Shown in pieces: positions 58,078-64,000 of a stretch of 64,000 bases of DNA (positions are counted from its first letter, which is position 1; every line of letters starts with the position of its first letter). The notes below the pieces were generated by a model. It had not been told where the DNA came from, did not search any database, and saw only the letters and a list, made by a program, of their open reading frames with translations. The position numbers were made by a program, and so were the translations under genes. The stretch is from a bacterium (lineage in GTDB: Bacteria > Electryoneota > Electryoneia > Electryoneales > Electryoneaceae), in NCBI GenBank assembly GCA_963675295.2, contig CAXXKJ010000002.1, positions 2,208,001 to 2,272,000 of the forward strand, written 5' to 3'.

Positions 58078-58782
58078 ATGATATACGAATACCTGATTTT
58101 CAACGTGCTGATCGTTGCCGGGCCGTTGGCCTCGAGCTGGATGCGTCCGATGCGATACGTGCGCAAGTGGCCACGGGTGTTACTGGCGACGTTGCCGGTA
58201 GCGGCGGTGTTCATCACGTGGGACATCCTGGTGACTGGACGTCACTGGTGGTTCAACTACGACTATACTCTGCCGTTGCGCATTCTTGGGCTGCCGCTGG
58301 GGGAATGGCTGTTCTTCTTCACGGTGCCGTTCGCATGTCTGCTGATCTGGGAGGGATTGAAAGCGCGGAATGCGTTTGAGGGGGAGTGTGTCATCTGGCG
58401 CGCGGGTTCAATTCCAATTACGGTTGGTTTCGCGGTGCTGGGGATCGTATTCTGGCTGATGGGGAAGGAATACACATCGCTGGCGAGTTTCGCGATGGCT
58501 GCGAGTTTCGTGCTTGACCGTGTGCTGGGGGTGAATGTCTTCATGCGCCGACGAGCGACGGTATTCCTGTTCTTCGTAATCGCGCTGACCGCAATTTTCA
58601 ACATGTTCTTGACCGCGCGGCCGGTGGTGCTGTACGGGGAGGAATTTCAGCTCGGATTCCGGGTGATCACGATCCCGATCGAGGATTTTTTCTATGGGAT
58701 GGCGTTGCTCGGGTCGGTGTTGGTCCTGTATGAGAAACTGGGGGAGCGGATGAAGGCTGTGAAGGGCAACGATGCCAAATGA
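58078..58782 (+). CDS. lycopene cyclase domain membrane protein (CrtYc/d-like, two repeats)
   Basis: FITWD...WWFN...GLPLGEWLFF and TIPIEDFFYG. Confidence 0.85.
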   Translation: MIYEYLIFNVLIVAGPLASSWMRPMRYVRKWPRVLLATLPVAAVFITWDILVTGRHWWFNYDYTLPLRILGLPLGEWLFFFTVPFACLLIWEGLKARNAFEGECVIWRAGSIPITVGFAVLGIVFWLMGKEYTSLASFAMAASFVLDRVLGVNVFMRRRATVFLFFVIALTAIFNMFLTARPVVLYGEEFQLGFRVITIPIEDFFYGMALLGSVLVLYEKLGERMKAVKGNDAK

Positions 58783-60247
58783 AGTCGCGGTGATCGGGGG
58801 CGGCCTCGGCGGACTGGCAGGCGCGATCAAGCTGGCGGCGCAGGGGCACACGGTCCGGCTGGTGGAACAGAATTCGTCCCTCGGCGGGAAGATGGGGGAG
58901 GTGCGCGAGGCGGGGTACAGGTTTGATACCGGGCCCAGTTTGCTGACGATGCCGTTCGTGCTCGATGATCTGTTCGCCTCGGTGGGCAAGGATGCCGCGA
59001 AGGAGCTGCCGATCCGTTCGTTACCTGTGATCTGCCGCTATTTCTACCCTGATGGCACGGTGCTCGATGCAGACAGCGATCTTGACCGTTTCCGCGATAA
59101 CCTCGACCAGTTGAAGCCGGGGAATGGGAAGGCGTTGCAACGATTCCTCGATTACTCACGGACGATTTACAACCTCACCGCCGATGTCTTTCTGTTCACT
59201 CCGTTTCACGAAATCGGACGGCTGCTGAAACCGCGTCACCTGAAATCTCTGTTCAGCCTGCCGAAAATCGACGCCTTCCGCACGGTTCACCAATCCAACG
59301 AAGCGTTTTTTGATGATCCGCGGCTGGTGCAGCTGTTTGACCGCTACGCGACGTACAACGGGTCGGACCCGTTCCAGGCACCGGCGACGCTGAACGTGAT
59401 TCCGCACGTCGAATATTCTCTCGGTGGGTACTATGTCGAGGGCGGGATGTATCGGCTGGTGGAGGTGCTGGCGGGATTGGCGGACGAACTGGGTGTCGAG
59501 GTGCACACTGGCGCGACGGTGCGGCGGATTCGTCATCGCAACAAGCAGGTGCGGTCGATTGAGACCAGCGTGGGGGAGATGCGTGCGGACGCGGTATTGT
59601 GCAACATGGATGTGGTCACCGCGCACCGGCGCTTGCTGCCGGAATATGCCGCGAAAGCGGCGAAGCTTGAAAAGTTGGAGCCGTCACTGTCCGGGATGGT
59701 GTTTCTGTGGGGAGTGAAGGGCCGGCACGAGCAGCTGTCGCATCACAATATCCTGTTTTCGCAGGACTATCAACATGAGTTTAAACAACTGTTTGAAACG
59801 CTGATCGTGCCGGATGATCCGACGGTGTACATCTCGATCACCGAACGTGCGGATGCTGATCACGCTCCGGACAGCTGCGAAAACTGGTTCGTGCTGGTGA
59901 ATATGCCGTATCTCGCGCCGGGGCAGGATTGGGACGAGGCGGTGCAGCGGACGCGGGAAGCGGTGTTGCGCAAGTTGCGTGAAATTGGAATCGACCTCGC
60001 TGGGAAGGTGGAAACGGAACAGATCCTGACGCCGGAAGATTTCGCCATGCGGACCGCGAGCAACCGGGGCAGTATTTACGGGCTGTCGTCCAATGGGCGG
60101 GCAGCAGCGTTCCGGCGTCCCCCGAACCGCAGCCGGGAGTTGAACGGCCTGTATTTCGCGGGCGGTTCGGTTCATCCCGGTGGCGGAATTCCGTTGACGC
60201 TACTCTCCGGCCAGATGGCGGCGGAGTTGATCGATGAACGGTTGTAG
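58772..60247 (+). CDS. phytoene desaturase family (CrtI/CrtD-like)
   Basis: VIGGGLGGL, FDTGPSLLTMP, RYATYNGSDP..AP, GSIYG, GGSVHPGGGIP. Confidence 0.92.
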   Translation: MPNEVAVIGGGLGGLAGAIKLAAQGHTVRLVEQNSSLGGKMGEVREAGYRFDTGPSLLTMPFVLDDLFASVGKDAAKELPIRSLPVICRYFYPDGTVLDADSDLDRFRDNLDQLKPGNGKALQRFLDYSRTIYNLTADVFLFTPFHEIGRLLKPRHLKSLFSLPKIDAFRTVHQSNEAFFDDPRLVQLFDRYATYNGSDPFQAPATLNVIPHVEYSLGGYYVEGGMYRLVEVLAGLADELGVEVHTGATVRRIRHRNKQVRSIETSVGEMRADAVLCNMDVVTAHRRLLPEYAAKAAKLEKLEPSLSGMVFLWGVKGRHEQLSHHNILFSQDYQHEFKQLFETLIVPDDPTVYISITERADADHAPDSCENWFVLVNMPYLAPGQDWDEAVQRTREAVLRKLREIGIDLAGKVETEQILTPEDFAMRTASNRGSIYGLSSNGRAAAFRRPPNRSRELNGLYFAGGSVHPGGGIPLTLLSGQMAAELIDERL

Positions 60248-60361
60248 AGACACTTCTAGTAAATGCGGTAAAGGCAGATGGTTTGTGATGAATAGTGCGA
60301 AAAAACTACCGTCTGTCCCCAATAAGAGGAATCTCACCTGTGGATGGGGCCACGAGTTTGA

Positions 60362-62209
60362 CTAGCGAACCAATGCCACTCGGCGGATTTCATTGAGTTC
60401 GCCCGGAACGACGGCGTGCATGAAATACACCCCACTGGCAAGTGAACCGGCGTCGAGAGTGAAAGAATGTGTTCCGGCGGAATGCATGCCGTCGGCCACG
60501 GTATGAACGAGTTGGCCGGTAATGTTGAACATCTGAATCGTCAACGGAGCCGAACCAGGCAATTCAACCGTGATGACCGTCCGGGCGTTGAAGGGGTTCG
60601 GATACACTCCAACCAACCGGAAGCTTGAGGGAAGGCCGGACGACGTTGAGGATTCGTCGGCACCAGTCGTTGTCGATAAGTCCCAGCCCATGGAGGCCCA
60701 ATCCGTTAGTTGGCTGCCGGAAGCGCCGGATTCGGCCTTGGTGAAGGTGAAACTGTCCTCGGTCAAGGCGTCCGGATAATTGCCCGCGCGAAGGGTAAAA
60801 ATGTATTCGCCGGGAGGTGCGTATGCCGGAACACGCTGCGATGCGTAGTGGGAAATGGTTTCGCCAGCTCCGATGGTGAAGTTCAGGTTTTCATCGAGTG
60901 GTCCGACAGTATTGCCGAGCGGGGTTTCCGCGATGGTCCAGGCGTCCAGAGCAACAGGTTCATCAGCGGTGTTTGTCAGGGTCGCATGCCAGTGCAGGTT
61001 GAGGCCGTAGGGCGGAACGATTACCGGCGAGAACAAGGGTTCGGCGGACACGATAACGGGGTAGTAGCCCGGATTCGGGTCATCATAGATACGGAGCAGC
61101 CAACCACCGTCAGGATTGCCCCCGGCGACCATATATCCGCCCGCTGGCAGTTCGATAAATTCGTGTGCGGCACTGTCCCGCTGAGGGATATCTGATCCGT
61201 ACATGGCATCCCATACCAATGTACCATACTGATCAAGCTCGCCGATCCAGAGGTCTTGCCGGTTCCAGCCGGACCCGTGCATCCCACAAAATCCAATGGA
61301 TCCGTCGGCGGCGGGGAGAATGTCTGAGATGCGATCACTACCTTCGCTGAGATTGCCAAAGGTGCTTTCCCATTGGAGGTGGCCCTCAGAATCTGTGCGG
61401 ACACACAGGGCGTATGTTCCGAATTCGGGACTGTACCGAGATCCGCCAAATACGAAACCATCCTCCAGCTGAGCCACAGCTCTGAAATAGTCGTACTCGT
61501 CCGTCGCGTAGGTCTCCTGCCAGATTGTCCCGCCGTTCGGGCTGAGTTCCATTGCCCAGGCATCATATTCATCCGAACTGTGCGGTTTTACATACCCGCA
61601 GATCAGGTAATTTCCTGTATTTGTGACGATAGCGTCGACAATCCAGTGCCATTGTTGCATTCCACCGTAGTCGTCGCGAAAGATGGTCTCACCACTGGGC
61701 GAGAGCTTCCATATCAGGCCGACCTGTGGAAAGGCGCTGCCTCCGGTCGCGAGGATGTCGCCGTCAGCGTCGACGATAATGTTTCCACCGCTGCTCGGGT
61801 CGACGTAGTTCCATTCACGCAGCCAGATCAAGTTGCCGTCTGCATCCGTACGAAATACGGCGAACCTATTCTCATTTGACCGATATATGGATCCCGCGAA
61901 CACGTAGCCACCATCAGGGTAGGCTGCGAAATCGCCGACGACAATGTCGACACCACCTTGTAGAACCAAGGTTTGCAGCAACTCGCCGTCTTCGTTCACC
62001 CAGCGCATGACGGCGGTGGAATCGGTGTTTGCGAGGGTAACGACGCTACCATTCTCAGCGGGTTGAATCGCGGTAAGAGATCCGGGGTCGGGGAATACGT
62101 CGGTCCACAACGTGTCGCCGGGAGTGTAGGCATTGCTGGGATTTGAGCAGAAGAGAGTAACAACGGAGAGGATGAGGATCATGCGGGTCGAGTTCATAGG
62201 GCGCTCCAT
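60362..62209 (-). CDS. secreted beta-propeller protein with T9SS-like C-terminal domain, paralog of 55984-57810
   Basis: PGDTLW start, propeller repeats, DAWT...GP...VP.YAP.G.Y domain, YPNPFN, NEIRRVAL. Confidence 0.85.
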   Translation of the reverse strand: MERPMNSTRMILILSVVTLFCSNPSNAYTPGDTLWTDVFPDPGSLTAIQPAENGSVVTLANTDSTAVMRWVNEDGELLQTLVLQGGVDIVVGDFAAYPDGGYVFAGSIYRSNENRFAVFRTDADGNLIWLREWNYVDPSSGGNIIVDADGDILATGGSAFPQVGLIWKLSPSGETIFRDDYGGMQQWHWIVDAIVTNTGNYLICGYVKPHSSDEYDAWAMELSPNGGTIWQETYATDEYDYFRAVAQLEDGFVFGGSRYSPEFGTYALCVRTDSEGHLQWESTFGNLSEGSDRISDILPAADGSIGFCGMHGSGWNRQDLWIGELDQYGTLVWDAMYGSDIPQRDSAAHEFIELPAGGYMVAGGNPDGGWLLRIYDDPNPGYYPVIVSAEPLFSPVIVPPYGLNLHWHATLTNTADEPVALDAWTIAETPLGNTVGPLDENLNFTIGAGETISHYASQRVPAYAPPGEYIFTLRAGNYPDALTEDSFTFTKAESGASGSQLTDWASMGWDLSTTTGADESSTSSGLPSSFRLVGVYPNPFNARTVITVELPGSAPLTIQMFNITGQLVHTVADGMHSAGTHSFTLDAGSLASGVYFMHAVVPGELNEIRRVALVR

Positions 62210-62233
62210 GATGAAATACGTGTATTGATAGTA

Positions 62234-62261
62234 TCGTACCCGGCCAGCCGGCCGGGTACGA
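62234..62261 (-). terminator. hairpin downstream of MFS gene
   Basis: TCGTACCCGGCC-AGCC-GGCCGGGTACGA. Confidence 0.55.
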
Positions 62262-62290
62262 CGGCAAGACTTAAAGTATAGAGATACGAC

Positions 62291-63751
62291 CTACTTCTGC
62301 AATTCCTGCAGTTCGCCGCGCTGCTTGCGGGTTTCGACGTCGAGCCAGCGGCGTCCAAGCAGCAGCATGATCGGGCTGACCATGGTGCTGATGCCGACGA
62401 TAATCCACATCAGTTCGGTGTTGCGTTCTCCGATGGTGGAGCCTTCCGCGCACATGTTGGCGAGCAGGATGCCGGTAATCGGTCCGGCGGCGACCTTGGC
62501 GAAGAACATCGGGGCCTTGGAGTAGGCCATGTAGCTGGATTCCTTGCCCGGGGGCGCGACGTTCGCGGTGTAGTCGTAAATGCGGGGCGAATACAGCGCC
62601 TCGCCGATGGAGAGCACCACCTGGAACATGACGATCATCATGATCGATTCGCCGACACCCATGAAGAACACCGATCCCGCCGAGACGAACGACCCCAACA
62701 TGATGACGTTGTAGGCTTTCATCTGCCGTGTCAGGGCGGTCATCACCGGCACAAGGAAGATGATGATGAGTGGATTGATAGAGTACAGCTTGCCGGTCCA
62801 CTCGCTGAAGCCGATGCGTTCCATGTACAGCGGGTACAGGGAGTGGTTGTACTGGAAGATCATCTTGACCAGAACGAGCAGGAAAATGAAGGTGATGAAG
62901 ATCCAGAAGGTTCGTTCCTTGACCACCTCCTTCATCACGTCCAAGGCGGTTTTGTGTTGCGATTCCTGCTGGGCTTTGTCCTGCGCTTCGGCTTTTTTGC
63001 GGGACTCTTCGTCGTTCTCGTCACTAGCCAGTTCCTCCGGCGGAATGCGGTTGCGGACGAGGAAGATGACCAGCGCGAGCGAGACGAAGGTAGCAACCAC
63101 CGCGACGGCAAAGATGATCTGGATTGGACGGATGACGAGATCCATGCCGAGGAAGCCGAAAGCGATGGGTTCGGTGAAGGTGGAGCGGAGGCCGTCCAGG
63201 CTGATGCCGGCGATGAAGCTGCCGACATTCATGACGACGTAATACCACGAGAAGGCGTAGGACTGAGCCTTTTTCGTGCTGAACAGCTTGACCGCCGCCG
63301 CAATCAGTGGGATCATGTAGGCGAAGCCGACGGAGAGCACGAACAGGCCGGGGTAGACAAACCACGGGTTGGTGGTGAAGGTGATCGCCAGTCGTCCGAC
63401 GAGGGCAATCAGCAGTCCGACAATCAGCGCTTTCTTGATGCCGAGGCTGTCCGCGATGAAACCGACGAAGAGCATGAAGAACGACATCGATGCGGACCAG
63501 AGGCCGAAGATAGTGCCGGCCATGGTGTCGGTGAGGCCCATGTCCTGCGTGAGGAAGATCATCAGCACGAGGACGGAGGAGAAGTAGGCCAGCGACTCCA
63601 GAACCTTGACGGCGTAGGCGATCCAGATCTCGCGCGGACAATGGCCGAGGTTGATCAAGCCGTTTTTGTAATCGATCGCCGCGTCTTTGAGGGCTGTTCC
63701 AACTCTCAGCGCTGGATTCATCAGCAATTCTCCTGCATCGGATGGATTCAC
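62291..63751 (-). CDS. MFS transporter (POT/peptide transporter-like)
   Basis: About 12 TMs; GFIADSLG.KK, YYVVMNVGS, INPLIII, GEALYSPR..DY. Confidence 0.88.
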   Translation of the reverse strand: MNPSDAGELLMNPALRVGTALKDAAIDYKNGLINLGHCPREIWIAYAVKVLESLAYFSSVLVLMIFLTQDMGLTDTMAGTIFGLWSASMSFFMLFVGFIADSLGIKKALIVGLLIALVGRLAITFTTNPWFVYPGLFVLSVGFAYMIPLIAAAVKLFSTKKAQSYAFSWYYVVMNVGSFIAGISLDGLRSTFTEPIAFGFLGMDLVIRPIQIIFAVAVVATFVSLALVIFLVRNRIPPEELASDENDEESRKKAEAQDKAQQESQHKTALDVMKEVVKERTFWIFITFIFLLVLVKMIFQYNHSLYPLYMERIGFSEWTGKLYSINPLIIIFLVPVMTALTRQMKAYNVIMLGSFVSAGSVFFMGVGESIMMIVMFQVVLSIGEALYSPRIYDYTANVAPPGKESSYMAYSKAPMFFAKVAAGPITGILLANMCAEGSTIGERNTELMWIIVGISTMVSPIMLLLGRRWLDVETRKQRGELQELQK

Positions 63752-63815
63752 GAGTGAAGTTTAAGTACGACTGTGGACTCAGCTACCGCAAGCCCTGACG
63801 GAGAAGGAGCATAAA

Positions 63816-64000
63816 ATGTTGTCTATTGAACCGGCCAGCCTGTGGCGTCCCGGAATCGTATCCGGCCTGATGATGATGCTGTTCATCGGCTGTGGGGACG
63901 ATGGGGTGACGGTCGCGCAAAGCGGCGATTTGCGTATGCCGGCAGGATTTGTGATCGAGGAGTATGCGGTGGTGCCGAACGCGCGGTCAATGGTGTTGGG
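63816..64000 (+). CDS. PQQ-dependent sugar/sorbosone dehydrogenase family lipoprotein, 5' part only
   Basis: AAGGAG RBS; MLSIE...FIGCGDD...LRMPAGFVIEEYAVVPNARSMVL runs off the window. Confidence 0.7.
   Translation, partial: MLSIEPASLWRPGIVSGLMMMLFIGCGDDGVTVAQSGDLRMPAGFVIEEYAVVPNARSMVL

Overview
GC-rich bacterial chromosome segment. T9SS-type C-terminal domains, a bacillithiol operon and flagellins suggest a flagellated FCB-superphylum lineage (inference only). The region 1-42.7 kb is mostly housekeeping: two short flagellins around a MerR-type regulator, dusB, eno/ftsB, peptidases, hpnC/hpnD, a phosphohexomutase, a tightly coupled methyltransferase-bshC-bshB1-bshA operon (probably N-methyl-bacillithiol), manC, and a Crp-meaB-acyl-CoA mutase locus. 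The mutase has isobutyryl-CoA-mutase signature residues, and a large hybrid kinase separates its two subunit genes. The region 42.7-54.1 kb is accessory and punctuated by several REP-like palindrome families. It holds a pentapeptide-repeat/channel-like protein, a pirin, an antitoxin with a broken RelE/ParE toxin, an IS30 inserted in the loop of a REP hairpin, and an AT-rich two-gene cassette. That cassette encodes a 198-aa protein with a pattern resembling a truncated HK97/encapsulin capsid fold and a PD-(D/E)xK nuclease; it is the best candidate for an undescribed defence-like system. The window ends with an orphan citF, two paralogous secreted proteins flanking carotenoid genes, an MFS transporter and a partial sugar dehydrogenase. 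No tRNA, rRNA or CRISPR array was seen. All product calls come from motif recognition by eye, not database searches.
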